The position numbers and the translations under genes are program-made. The notes under the pieces were generated by a model, which saw only the letters and a list, made by a program, of their open reading frames with translations, did no database searches and had not been told where the DNA came from. A DNA stretch of 63,958 nt, counting the filler, from an uncultured bacterium (GTDB lineage Bacteria > Hinthialibacterota > Hinthialibacteria > Hinthialibacterales > Hinthialibacteraceae), in the NCBI GenBank assembly GCA_964449065.1. It is 3 parts of 3 records of this genome, joined end to end, with 100 filler letters (N's around TTAATTAATTAA, not from the genome) between each part and the next. Parts side by side here need not be neighbours in the genome. Positions count along the whole stretch, not along the records: positions 1 to 22,715 come from CAYVAZ010000038.1; positions 22,816 to 45,342 come from CAYVAZ010000039.1; 1 more part is not named here. The stretch is one strand, 5' to 3'. This document shows, one piece after another, positions 21,302-31,131 of this stretch (within the stretch, counting starts at the first letter, position 1; the number at the start of each line of letters is the position of its first letter).

Positions 21302-21913
21302 ATGAACACATATTTTCAATTTCAAACCTGCGCGCATGAGGATTGCGGCAAACTCGCACTGACCGGAGAGGCTGTTTGTTGGGGACATTTGGATGACAAA
21401 GATACGTTTGTAGTGAAAACCATTACCAACGGAAAAGAAGACGGCTTGCGGTATTGGGTTCTTGCGGACGTGGATTTATCGGGCCGCGATTTATCCGGCA
21501 TTGATTTTTCCTTTGCATGTTTAACCCATGCGAACCTGAGCCACGCCAATCTTTCCGGGGCCAACTTAACCCGCGCCAATATGGATCGTGCCGATCTTAC
21601 AAAGGCGAATCTCTCCGGTGCCAATTTGGAACTGGCCATTCTCGGCAGAGCGAACATCTCTTATGCGAATCTTGAGGGCGCCAACATGCAGCGCTGCAAT
21701 TTGGTCGGCACTACGGCGAAGGGCGCCAAATGCAAGGGAGTGAAGATGTTTTATTCGCGCCCCGGCAACGCGGATTTCTCGGAAGCCATCTTTACCGGAG
21801 CCGATATCACCCGCGCTATCTTTCGCGGGGCAAAACTCATCAACGCCGATTTAAGCGGCGCCACCGGACAAGCAAACTATGACCGCGCAGACCTAACAGG
21901 AGCCAAACAATAA
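21302..21913 (+). CDS. Pentapeptide-repeat protein with N-terminal Cys/His cluster
   Basis: A(N/D)L(S/T)x repeats; CAHEDC...CWGH N-terminus. Confidence 0.9.
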   Translation: MNTYFQFQTCAHEDCGKLALTGEAVCWGHLDDKDTFVVKTITNGKEDGLRYWVLADVDLSGRDLSGIDFSFACLTHANLSHANLSGANLTRANMDRADLTKANLSGANLELAILGRANISYANLEGANMQRCNLVGTTAKGAKCKGVKMFYSRPGNADFSEAIFTGADITRAIFRGAKLINADLSGATGQANYDRADLTGAKQ

Positions 21914-22488
21914 TGCTATTTCAAGCCTTTTTGTTCCCCGATGTGAATGAAGTCAACACCTTCATGGTTGGATGTGAAGAGACCAAAGAAGTGTTCTTGA
22001 TCGATGCCGGTGCGGATTCGCCGGATTACGATACGTTTTTGCAGCAGCATGATGCCCATCTCACCGGCATCTTTCTCACCCACTTTCATTGGGACCATGA
22101 TCAAGCCTTGCCGGAGTTAGCCGCTAAGTATGACGTGCCGGTCTATTCTTTCACGGGGAATACCCCCAACGGCACCAAAGTCGGTGAAGGCGATTCTATT
22201 CCATTCGGTAAACTCAATACCCTCATTCTCAAAACATCGGGCCATACCCCAGACGGCATTACCTTGGTGGTGGAAAACCGCGTGGCCTTTGTTGGCGATG
22301 CCCTGTTTGCCGGCTCCATTGGCGGAACTGCATCCGAAGAATACAAGCAGGAAGAAATAAAACACATCCAAGAAAAACTATTCAAACTGCCGAATGACTG
22401 CCTTATCTGCAACGGTCATGGCCCCATGACCACAGTGGGAATTGAAAAGAACCACAATCCGATTATCACTTCATCTTTTTCAAACTGA
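21913..22488 (+). CDS. MBL-fold metallo-hydrolase (glyoxalase II-like)
   Basis: THFHWDH, GHT, GDALF, GHG. Confidence 0.9.
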   Translation: MLFQAFLFPDVNEVNTFMVGCEETKEVFLIDAGADSPDYDTFLQQHDAHLTGIFLTHFHWDHDQALPELAAKYDVPVYSFTGNTPNGTKVGEGDSIPFGKLNTLILKTSGHTPDGITLVVENRVAFVGDALFAGSIGGTASEEYKQEEIKHIQEKLFKLPNDCLICNGHGPMTTVGIEKNHNPIITSSFSN

Positions 22489-22715
22489 TGATACGCAATA
22501 GCAGAAGGAGGCAGGGGTACCACAATACTATTGACTGAATATCTGTGTATTACACAAATAATACCATTTCCAATTTGGGTTGTTCACTCAAATCAAAACG
22601 GCTAAACAGATTGCTTCGTTTGATTGCCAAGAAAACTACTTCTTAAACATAGGTTGAATCTTTATGGTTCTCTTCGCACCCCCTCTGTCCTCCTTGCGTC
22701 GGACATCTCCCCCAA

Positions 22716-22815
22716 NNNNNNNNNNNNNNNNNNNNNNNNNNNNNNNNNNNNNNNNNNNNTTAATTAATTAANNNNNNNNNNNNNNNNNNNNNNNNNNNNN
22801 NNNNNNNNNNNNNNN
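22716..22815. other. Artificial contig-joining spacer
   Basis: 44 N + TTAATTAATTAA (stops in all frames) + 44 N. Confidence 0.98.
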
Positions 22816-24304
22816 GTGGGATGAAGTCGCCGAGCTGCATGGGATGGGCTTTGAAATCGGCAACCATACCTGGTCGCATCTGGATTTATCCATGCCCAAA
22901 GCGGTCGCGCGCTTGGAAGGCGAACTGGCGTTGGTCAATTCTATGCTCAAGCATGTGGGTGTCCCCAAACCGGTGAGTTTCGCCTATCCCGGCAACTTCT
23001 TCAGCCCCGAAGCGGTGCAAAAGTTAGATGAATTGGGCTATCAATTCGCGCGCCGGGGAATGCCGCCGGAAGTGGCGTATGGCAAAATCCAAGCCGCGGC
23101 CGCGTTTGATCCAAACAAGCATCATCACTTGCTCATCCCCACCACCGGAGACGCTTACCCCGATTGGACCCTCGATTTCTTCAAGCAAGTGGTGGTTGAA
23201 GCCAAAGACGGCAACGCCGCCGTGCTGATGTTTCACGGCGTCCCTGATAAAGCGCACCCGTGGGTGCATACCGATCCGGAGTTGTTTGCGCAGTGTATGC
23301 GGTATCTCAAAGAGAATGAGTATAACGTAATTGCTCTGCGCGGTCTGGCGCCCTATCTGCCAAAAACTCCCCCCAACGATTCGCTGCTTTACATGCGGCA
23401 TCCCAACTGGAACGAAGAATCGCTGGTATACCCGCAAGAGGTAACCGCCTCCCGTAAAAACATGGATTATTGGGTAGAGAACATGCGCCTGTATCACAAA
23501 TATTCCTGGCAAGAGATTGAAGACGTCCTAGGCGGATACACCGTTCTTCCCTATATGCGGGAAGAGGTGGATAAAAAGACTCCCGCATATCCCAAAGATC
23601 AACTCTTGGTCAAACCCTATCCTGGCGGGCGGCATCCGCGCATCGGCTTTTTGGATGGCGCGATTGACCCGCAGCGGGGGACCAAAGCCAGTGTGTTTTT
23701 GCCGTGGGATTCACAGGCTTACATTATGGTGGATTTGCCGGAAGCGATGTGGAGCAACTTGGGGTTAACTTTTTTGGCGCATAAGCATGTTCCTACAATT
23801 TGGGACAAAGAGCATACCTTCATTGAGAATCAAGATTGGACGATACGGGAAGACGGGGGCTTGGAAAACCGGTGGAAACTGCCAAACGGCATTGAAATGG
23901 GAACGAAGATCATGCCATCCTCCCGCCAGGTTGAGATGATGGTATGGCTGAAAAACGGGACAAATGAGATGTTGACGGATTTGCGGCTGCAAAACTGCTT
24001 GCTGTTGAAGGGAGCGCCGTCAGTTAACTTGCAAACCTTGGAAAACAAACGCTTCCATCAGCCGGTTGTGTATGTAAAAGACGTGCAGGGCCGATGTATT
24101 GTCACCGCATGGGAACATTGCCACAACGTTTGGGGACATCAACGCTGCCCCTGTATGCATTCCGATTCTCAATTGCCGGATTGCCCGCCGGGAGAGACCG
24201 TAAGGGCACGTGGAAATATTTGGTTTGTTGAGCAAGAACATGATATTGCCGCAGAAGTAAATCAAACGTCTTGGATGAACAATCCGCACCGTTTATATTG
24301 GTGA
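22816..24304 (+). CDS. Polysaccharide deacetylase (NodB/CE4) family protein, 5' truncated by contig edge
   Basis: EIGNHTWSH, SFAYPG, LMFHG; extra C-terminal domain. Confidence 0.85.
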
Positions 24305-24365
24305 AAAGAGATGGTACCATTGAATCGGTTATAACCTTAAAACTTGTTTGTTTAAAGGGACGATC

Positions 24366-24721
24366 ATGAAAAGTGAATACAACTCTTGGGGCTACATTGT
24401 TTTTCCGGCAATGGTTTTCAATGTAACCAGTTTCCCATAGAAGACTATCAAGATTTGGATTTATCGTGGTGGGGATGGTTTTTCTCTCTCTCGAAGGAGA
24501 AATTTACGGCGTGTTTGGCGGCACAGATCAAAGCGGAGTGGAAAACCGCATTACCAAACCGGCGCGCGTTTTTGGTATGGCTGCGGATGAATTACGAACC
24601 CGGTGGTACCGTCACAATGACAGCAATTTGCCGCAATGGAGAAACCAAAACGGCGGAGTATACACTGCAACGGCGGGAAGTGTATTTACACAAACAAATA
24701 CGCAATCATTTGCATAAGTAA
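24366..24721 (+). pseudogene. Fragmented gene remnant
   Basis: Short ATG ORF at 24366 stops early; an overlapping frame ends in WLRMNYEPGGTVTMTAICRNG, resembling the tail of a PDZ-like domain. Confidence 0.35.
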
Positions 24722-24940
24722 AAGCGATTTATTGATTTGAAACACCTACGAATATCTTAAAGTCTTTAAGAGACTATTTAGATTTGATGGAAACATTTGA
24801 TGGAAATATTGCTGTAATAACAGTTAGAAAGATATATAATAATAGGGTAAAACACGGACTGAAATTTCTTTTTCTGTTTTAAGAAATCTTTTACTTATTT
24901 GCATGTACTAAGACCGAATATGGAAAAAAGGAAAGTATAG

Positions 24941-25704
24941 ATGGTGAATGAAAGGCAGAAACGATTTTATCCTCAGATCCCTATTGGCATTATTGCTCTA
25001 TTTGTATTTTTTATAGAGTTATATCGACCGTATCACTGAAGTTTCTCCTTGATGCAAATTCACCATATATCGGAGCAATTGTTGGATTCATTATCGCATT
25101 CCCATCCACAATTGCGTTGCTCTTTTTTGTAACACTTTGGTTTCGAAGAGAAAGTCTTTACAGCCCTGGAGATTTTCGTGACGACACGAGTTTTCTTCAC
25201 TTAATTCGCAAACTTGAAACGCTGGAAGTGAAGCAAGAAGCTGCTCAATTTGATCCGCGTGGTGATCCGAATGCGGCTCTCTCTGTTATCAAAAGGCTGA
25301 TTAAGGAAAACGAGATCAACACGGCCATTCATTTTTGGCTCGCTTTTTTAAAAGTTAAGCGGTATGAAAGCAGCCAAGAGCTGTTTCATTACTTAAAACA
25401 TGCAATACCGAAAGAGACAGAACTTCACTACAAAGCGAAAGAATACCATGCCTATAGTTTAATCGGACTTGGTAAATACTCTGAAGCGATTGAAGAACTA
25501 AACCAACTACTGCATCAAAACAGTCAAACGTTCGGTTTCTGGCCCTCGCTTGCTTTGGCGTATGCGCATTACAAACTTGGCAATGAAACGGAATCGAAGA
25601 AATGGATTCATCACTTGAAACAGCAAAAATACACGTCCGATATCGTAAGACTTGTAGAAGATATTTATCCTGAACTCGTAGAACAATTACAGTCCTCTGA
25701 TTAG
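24941..25704 (+). pseudogene. 2TM + TPR-like protein, split by a single-base frameshift near 25007-25018
   Basis: ATG 24941 gives MVNERQKRFYPQIPIGIIALFVFFIE; the -1 frame continues VISTVSLKFLL...FIIAFPSTIALLFFVTLW.RESLYSPGDFRDD into ORF 25117-25704 with TPR-like helices (AYSLIGLGKYSEAIEE, ALAYAHYKLGN). Confidence 0.75.
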
Positions 25705-25741
25705 ATGTGAAGGAATTTCTCATAAACAAAGGTGGTGAACA

Positions 25742-26143
25742 ATGATGAGCAGATATTATGTTTTAGGAGATGGTGACAATATCCGTGAAAAGGTTGAGCG
25801 TCTTTTACTATCCGGTGATTTAGACGGATTGTCGGTGTTTTCACGGACTCTAAGCGCTTCCATGCAAACCATGGCTGAGCAATTGGAATCCGGCTTGTCT
25901 GCACAAATTGTTTTTGTGGGCGGAGATGATATTTTATTCGAAGTGGATAAAGCGTTCTTTGATGAAAATAAAATTTTGATCCTCATTGAGGAATTTAAAG
26001 AAAAAACAGGGGTAGCCATTTCATTTGGAATCGGAACAACACTTGAAAGTGCCTATATCAATTTGCGCCGCGCGAAGGTGTATGGTGGAGGAAAAATTGT
26101 ATCCGGTTCAGATGTACTGTCTGTAACACATGCAAGTATATAA
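25742..26143 (+). CDS. Minimal CRISPR polymerase (mCpol) domain protein
   Basis: 133 aa; GDGDNI metal-binding motif, VFVGGDDILF, ISFGIG..L..AY..L..AK..GG, matching the stand-alone Cas10-palm-like mCpol family. Confidence 0.85.
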   Translation: MMSRYYVLGDGDNIREKVERLLLSGDLDGLSVFSRTLSASMQTMAEQLESGLSAQIVFVGGDDILFEVDKAFFDENKILILIEEFKEKTGVAISFGIGTTLESAYINLRRAKVYGGGKIVSGSDVLSVTHASI

Positions 26144-26177
26144 AATCATAGAAATGTGTAAGTGAACAGCAATCCAT

Positions 26178-28436
26178 TTGCCGATTTCAAGATTAATCTG
26201 CTTTCTAAAATCAACCGCCAATATGGGTAAGCTTGTGTGTGTTTACTTCCGCCAAGGAGCCGATACATTGTTGGGGCTTAAACGAATCAAGCCGGTACTG
26301 TTATTAATCGTTTCAACGGTCTTCGCGATATTTTTGTTGGAAGGTTCATTTCGGGTATACGAACGGTATTTTTTGCAAGATGAAATCACCATTCATGCCC
26401 GGACCTATTTTCTACAGCGGCTGGGATACAACGAACCGAAACGTCTCGCCTCCTCAAAAGAGCAAAACGAATACCGCATGTTAAGCTTTGGCGATTCGTT
26501 CGCGGAGTCTCCCACCTTACCGCAATACGCTTACAGCCATATCTTGCAGGACGAGTTTAATGCGGCGGCCCCGGATCAACAGGTTGCCGTATACAATTTG
26601 GGCCGGGCCGGTATCACCTTTCCCAATTACATAGAGCAAATCGAATTTTGGAAACAAGCGGTGGAGTTTGACGCGGTATTATTGAACTTGTATGCTGGGA
26701 ATGATTTTACGGATTTTTGGACCAGCAACCTGCTGGGCGCTTCATTCGACGACTTGGCAAAAGCGGCGCGGCTTCGCTATGGTATTTCCACTCAAATTCC
26801 TCACCAATTTCCCTTCCGCTTTTTGGATTATTCTTTCGCGATATGGCAATCCTTTCGGTTGCGCGGCGGTGAAGCGCTATACCGCCCCTCAATCATCCAT
26901 TTGCCAGCATCCGATTATCTTGCCTATCAACGTCATGCTTCTCATGTGTATCAATCCCAACGAATCCCGCAGTGGATCGAACCCGCCATCTGGCTGAAGC
27001 GTTTGATGAAAGAATTACAGGATTTACGGCAGGCAGATAAAGATGTTTATGTGTTTCTATCGCATCCGCATTTCTTATTTTCTCCCGATTATTATCAACA
27101 AGTACTCAAGCGGGAATCGCTGCGGCCGGATGATTTGGATCCGTACATCCCCCAAACACTAACGGTTCGTTTGCTTTCGCAACTCGATTCTGATCTTGAG
27201 GTTTACGATCTATACCCCCTGCTTGAACGTCATTCGCGGGAGGGGCAGGAATTGTATTTCGGAACCAACACCCATTGGAATCTAGAAGGCAATCGTGTGG
27301 TAGGGCAATATCTGGCGGAAACCATTGGAAGGCGTTGGAGGAAAGAAGGACGGCTGGACGACTCTTCTGTCAGTACCCATACGGATACAATTGCCTCACG
27401 GGCTGCCGGTTCAAACGAGCAATCCATCCGATCTCTGATACAAAAATCCAAGCCGATTGATGAATTGTCCGGCCAAATTTCCGCGCTGTTTGCTTCTGAT
27501 TCATCATGGAAGCAAGATGAAATCCGCCAGCGGTTGATCGAACAGGATTTTTCATACCGCCCAATGGATATAGAAGGTGAATTCGAGTTTATTGAAGGAA
27601 GTTCTGTAGGAAATTTCGGAATGCTGAATGGCTGGGCCTTTGACCGCCATACCCTGGAGAAGCCGCTGCTCTTGGCGGCGTTTTCCCGTGAGCGTTTGGC
27701 TGGCATAGGTATGACAAAGTTAGTGCGGGAGGATGTGCGGTCCCGGTTTACTCTTCCAACCCATTTTTCTCCCCGCTATGGCTATTCATTTATGATTCAT
27801 GAACCGGCAGAAGCCATCAAACCGGACCGGCTCTGGCTGGCGGCGATATCGCTGGACAAACGATTTTCGTTTATAGCAGTCGAACGGACTGTATGGGAGG
27901 AAATAGCGTTCACCAGCAGGGATGAACAGTTTGCGCAGGAATGGTACGCGGATCATACCGGGTGGGTAGGCGACAATCAGTTTCAAATTGCGCGGGATTA
28001 TGACAACAAGACAGAAGGCCCATATTCGTACAAAATCCAATCCGCGGTTGATGACGGTAATATCCGCGATTTGTATTTGGCCCGCTATGTGGACGGATTG
28101 CAACCCGGCAAACCGTACACAATCTCGTTTGATTACCGCTTTGATGTGGATGACTCTTCTCCTGATATCAGCAATCATATCCAGGCGGCCGTGCGCGGGG
28201 GTGACCACCGCGGCCGTGAGGCTATTGCGGATATTGAAGATTATGGTGAACACCGGCGCCCTGAAACCGTGCGCATTAATGCTGCTACTTTTGATACCGG
28301 CTCCTTCCACACCTACACCCATACGGTTACGCTTTCACCTCATGAACAGTCTCTCACATTGTTGTTGATTATTCGGTTTCATTCGCTTCAGCCCAATCAA
28401 AACAAACTTTGGATAGATGGCTTTCGCGTACATTAA
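26178..28436 (+). CDS. Membrane-anchored SGNH/GDSL-type hydrolase or acetyltransferase with C-terminal beta-sandwich domains
   Basis: N-terminal TM, FGDSF, YNLG, GND, THWN..GN; true start may be about 90 nt downstream. Confidence 0.75.
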   Translation: MPISRLICFLKSTANMGKLVCVYFRQGADTLLGLKRIKPVLLLIVSTVFAIFLLEGSFRVYERYFLQDEITIHARTYFLQRLGYNEPKRLASSKEQNEYRMLSFGDSFAESPTLPQYAYSHILQDEFNAAAPDQQVAVYNLGRAGITFPNYIEQIEFWKQAVEFDAVLLNLYAGNDFTDFWTSNLLGASFDDLAKAARLRYGISTQIPHQFPFRFLDYSFAIWQSFRLRGGEALYRPSIIHLPASDYLAYQRHASHVYQSQRIPQWIEPAIWLKRLMKELQDLRQADKDVYVFLSHPHFLFSPDYYQQVLKRESLRPDDLDPYIPQTLTVRLLSQLDSDLEVYDLYPLLERHSREGQELYFGTNTHWNLEGNRVVGQYLAETIGRRWRKEGRLDDSSVSTHTDTIASRAAGSNEQSIRSLIQKSKPIDELSGQISALFASDSSWKQDEIRQRLIEQDFSYRPMDIEGEFEFIEGSSVGNFGMLNGWAFDRHTLEKPLLLAAFSRERLAGIGMTKLVREDVRSRFTLPTHFSPRYGYSFMIHEPAEAIKPDRLWLAAISLDKRFSFIAVERTVWEEIAFTSRDEQFAQEWYADHTGWVGDNQFQIARDYDNKTEGPYSYKIQSAVDDGNIRDLYLARYVDGLQPGKPYTISFDYRFDVDDSSPDISNHIQAAVRGGDHRGREAIADIEDYGEHRRPETVRINAATFDTGSFHTYTHTVTLSPHEQSLTLLLIIRFHSLQPNQNKLWIDGFRVH

Positions 28437-28475
28437 AGGCCTTCAACTTTTTTGCAGCCAACATTCCGGTTACGG

Positions 28476-28504
28476 TTGACTGGATATATAGTTCGAAATA
28501 GACT
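28476..28504 (+). promoter_or_regulatory. Sigma70-type promoter of rplM-rpsI
   Basis: TTGACT-N17-TAGACT upstream of rplM. Confidence 0.65.
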
Positions 28505-28557
28505 AAAAGGCTTGAAAATAATGAAGCGCTTAAACTTTGGAGAAAAGCGGTAATCTA

Positions 28558-28998
28558 ATGAAATCGTACATCGCGAACAAAGAGAAAATCAACGAGACCC
28601 ACCAGTTCCATCTCATTGACGCAGAAGGAGTTGTGTTGGGACGTTTGGCCTGCAAAGTTGCCGAACTATTGTGCGGCAAGCACAAGCCGATCTACACGCC
28701 GTTTTTGGATTGCGGCGATCATGTGATCATAGTCAATGCGGATAAAGTGAAGTTGACAGGCAACAAACCGGATCAAAAACAGATGATTCGCCACAGCCGT
28801 TATCCAGGCGGATTGAAAACGCAATCGTACCGCGAGTTGATGGACAAACATCCCGACCGTGCGGTTATGCACGCCGTCCGCGGTATGCTGCCGAAGAACA
28901 AATTGGGCAAAAAAATGCTCACCAAACTTCGTGTATATAGAGGAACCGATCAAGCGGAACGCCACAAGGCGCAACAGCCGGTTGAAACCAAAGTGTAA
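28558..28998 (+). CDS. rplM: 50S ribosomal protein L13
   Basis: IDAEGVVLGRLA, GKHKPIYTP, DCGDHV, AVRGMLPKN. Confidence 0.97.
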   Translation: MKSYIANKEKINETHQFHLIDAEGVVLGRLACKVAELLCGKHKPIYTPFLDCGDHVIIVNADKVKLTGNKPDQKQMIRHSRYPGGLKTQSYRELMDKHPDRAVMHAVRGMLPKNKLGKKMLTKLRVYRGTDQAERHKAQQPVETKV

Positions 28999-29014
28999 AT
29001 AGAGGATAAAAACT

Positions 29015-29410
29015 ATGGCAACCACATGGTCAGCAATTGGAACGGGACGGCGCAAAAACGCGGTGGCCCGTGTGTATCTCAAAGAAGGCACCGGTGAAAT
29101 TACCGTCAACGGCCGCACCTTAAGCGATTATGTAAAGCGCAAAACATTAGAAATGATTGTCAACCAGCCTTTTGGTGTGTTGGATGCCAAAGGCAAGTTT
29201 GATGTGAAAGCCCGTATTACAGGGGGCGGATTGACGGGCCAGGCTGGCGCGTTGCGTCACGGCATTGCCCGCGCGTTGGTGCGTTTGGATGAAGCCAACC
29301 GTTCCGCGCTCAAAAAAGCCGGCTTTTTAACCCGCGACCCGCGGATGGTCGAACGGAAAAAATACGGCCAGCCCGGCGCCCGCAAACGCTTCCAGTTCTC
29401 CAAACGGTAG
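29015..29410 (+). CDS. rpsI: 30S ribosomal protein S9
   Basis: [38 protein letters not shown]. Confidence 0.98.
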   Translation: MATTWSAIGTGRRKNAVARVYLKEGTGEITVNGRTLSDYVKRKTLEMIVNQPFGVLDAKGKFDVKARITGGGLTGQAGALRHGIARALVRLDEANRSALKKAGFLTRDPRMVERKKYGQPGARKRFQFSKR

Positions 29411-29435
29411 TCAGACTTTCTTCCAAAATCAAACC

Positions 29436-29470
29436 AAAGAAGGGATACAAAATGTATCCCTTCTTTATTT
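29436..29470 (+). terminator. Terminator after rpsI
   Basis: Perfect 14-bp stem AAAGAAGGGATACA/TGTATCCCTTCTTT followed by T-rich tract. Confidence 0.8.
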
Positions 29471-29868
29471 AAAAAAGAATAGGAAATTCGATTCAATCTA
29501 TTTCGTGTCTGTCATTTTAATTAAGATTCAAGCCCTTGCTGTTGAATAATACCCTTTCCAATATTAAAATAGTCAATTTAGCACGGCGGTAAGCCTCAGC
29601 GAAAGAAAGACTTAGCCGTTTTCGTTCTTCCCTAATCGGAATAGAATTGGGATAAATATCTCTTTTCCGGGCAGACATCCTTTTATAGAAATGCGCTCTC
29701 TTCAGATTTCTACTTCTTTAAACTGATTGAAAAACAGAATTGAAAAACAGAATTTGAATTTCATTTTTTATCAATTATAATTACTAACGCAGGCAAGTTG
29801 TTTTTTCTTATAAAACCTTTGATAGATTTAGAATAAAAAGAGAAATTCTTCTTGAAGGATATAGACGC

Positions 29869-31056
29869 TTGAAAAGTTTTGGTGAACTGCTCCGTGATTT
29901 CCGCCGCCGCCTTAGCATGACCCAGCAGGAAATTGCTGACCGTCTTGGTTTATCTTCTCCGTATATCGCGCAAATGGAAAGCGGATTTAAACCGCCGCCG
30001 CCGGAGACGATCGTTCAAAAACTGGGGAAGATCATGCGCCTCAGTCCGGAAGACACCCAGCGCTTCCGCGAGGCAGCCGAGGCGGAGCGCGAATTGCAAA
30101 GCCTGTTAAAAGCCACCCGCAAAGCCGGATATGTTCTTGCCGGCAACAAAGTTTGTGTCCCGCAGGATTCCGTTAGATTTTGCATGAATTTGGAGTTGGA
30201 TAAACTCATAGAAGCCATCCCAAATGACGTCACATTCCATTTGGATCTAACCCGTTCGCAAACCAAATATTGGGACAGCAATACCCATGGCTCCAGTTTG
30301 ACGTCTAAAAAAGATATTCATGCTTGGGCGCTGTCCGCGTTGGGAGATCATCCCGCGGTTTGGCTGACGTTTTTGGGGCAGCTTTATGATGTGCTCATTC
30401 TCACGCCGGACAGCCGTCTTTTGTGCCGAACTCCTTCAAAAAAGCGGCAGGGTATTTCAAAATTCGGACGGGATGTCGGTATTTTTTTTCAAAACCTATC
30501 TCACACCATTCAAGAAGCCGGTGACCGGGCGGCGGAACAAAACCTACCCAATGTTGTTGCTCCCGACGAAAATTGGCAAAAGATTGATCAAGCGCTGGGC
30601 AGCGACGGCGAACGGACAGAACGGGTTACGAACCGTGCCGAAGCCGGCATTCGGGAAATTCCGATTACACGCGCCATCTTGGAGGGAACAGATTATTTGC
30701 AGGAACAATCGGGGTTGGGCACGCTGGGGCTTCCGAACGAATGGTTTCAAAACTCCAAAGATTATGAAGCCTGTGTGGTCCATAGCGATGCGTATGTTTC
30801 TCTGGGCGTGTGGCCGGGATGCAAAGCGGTGTACGAATTGGGGGGGCAGGCAGTAAACGAAGATCTCGTTGTTGTTTCGATTAATAACCGGCTGTATTTC
30901 CGGCGTTATTTCGATATGGGAGACAATGTCATGCTGCAAGCGGGCGGAACCATGGCTCGACCGGAGCAATATAAAAAAAATGATGACACCATTCATATTA
31001 CCGGTGTGGTGCGTGAAATGGTGGCCCGTTTTCGGGATGTACGAACCGGTGTGTAA
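29869..31056 (+). CDS. XRE-family HTH regulator with C-terminal S24/LexA-like domain
   Basis: MTQQEIADRLGLSSPYIAQMESG HTH; C-terminal DLVVV...YFRRY...IHITGVV. Confidence 0.8.
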   Translation: MKSFGELLRDFRRRLSMTQQEIADRLGLSSPYIAQMESGFKPPPPETIVQKLGKIMRLSPEDTQRFREAAEAERELQSLLKATRKAGYVLAGNKVCVPQDSVRFCMNLELDKLIEAIPNDVTFHLDLTRSQTKYWDSNTHGSSLTSKKDIHAWALSALGDHPAVWLTFLGQLYDVLILTPDSRLLCRTPSKKRQGISKFGRDVGIFFQNLSHTIQEAGDRAAEQNLPNVVAPDENWQKIDQALGSDGERTERVTNRAEAGIREIPITRAILEGTDYLQEQSGLGTLGLPNEWFQNSKDYEACVVHSDAYVSLGVWPGCKAVYELGGQAVNEDLVVVSINNRLYFRRYFDMGDNVMLQAGGTMARPEQYKKNDDTIHITGVVREMVARFRDVRTGV

Positions 31057-31082
31057 ATTGTTGGGGATGTTTTTATAATTTA

Positions 31083-31091
31083 TGTTATAAT
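31083..31091 (+). promoter_or_regulatory. Extended -10 promoter element
   Basis: TGTTATAAT about 40 nt upstream of ORF 31132. Confidence 0.55.
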
Positions 31092-31131
31092 GCCCTATTC
31101 GCTGTGGGAAACCGGAAAGGAATAGCGATTC

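Noticed and set aside
22678..22715. CCCCTCTGTCC...GGACATCTCCCCCA palindrome at the contig end
   Set aside because: Probably a REP-like repeat that broke the assembly, but truncated so it cannot be defined
22716..22815. Palindromic TTAATTAATTAA within N runs (also at 45343-45442)
   Set aside because: Identical artificial contig spacer, not biological
25742..26143. Cas10 remnant or diguanylate cyclase
   Set aside because: No other type III CRISPR genes; size and DGD/GGDD pattern fit stand-alone mCpol better than GGDEF
29583..29619. Imperfect stem-loop that could be an ncRNA
   Set aside because: No recognisable SRP, riboswitch or tRNA motifs
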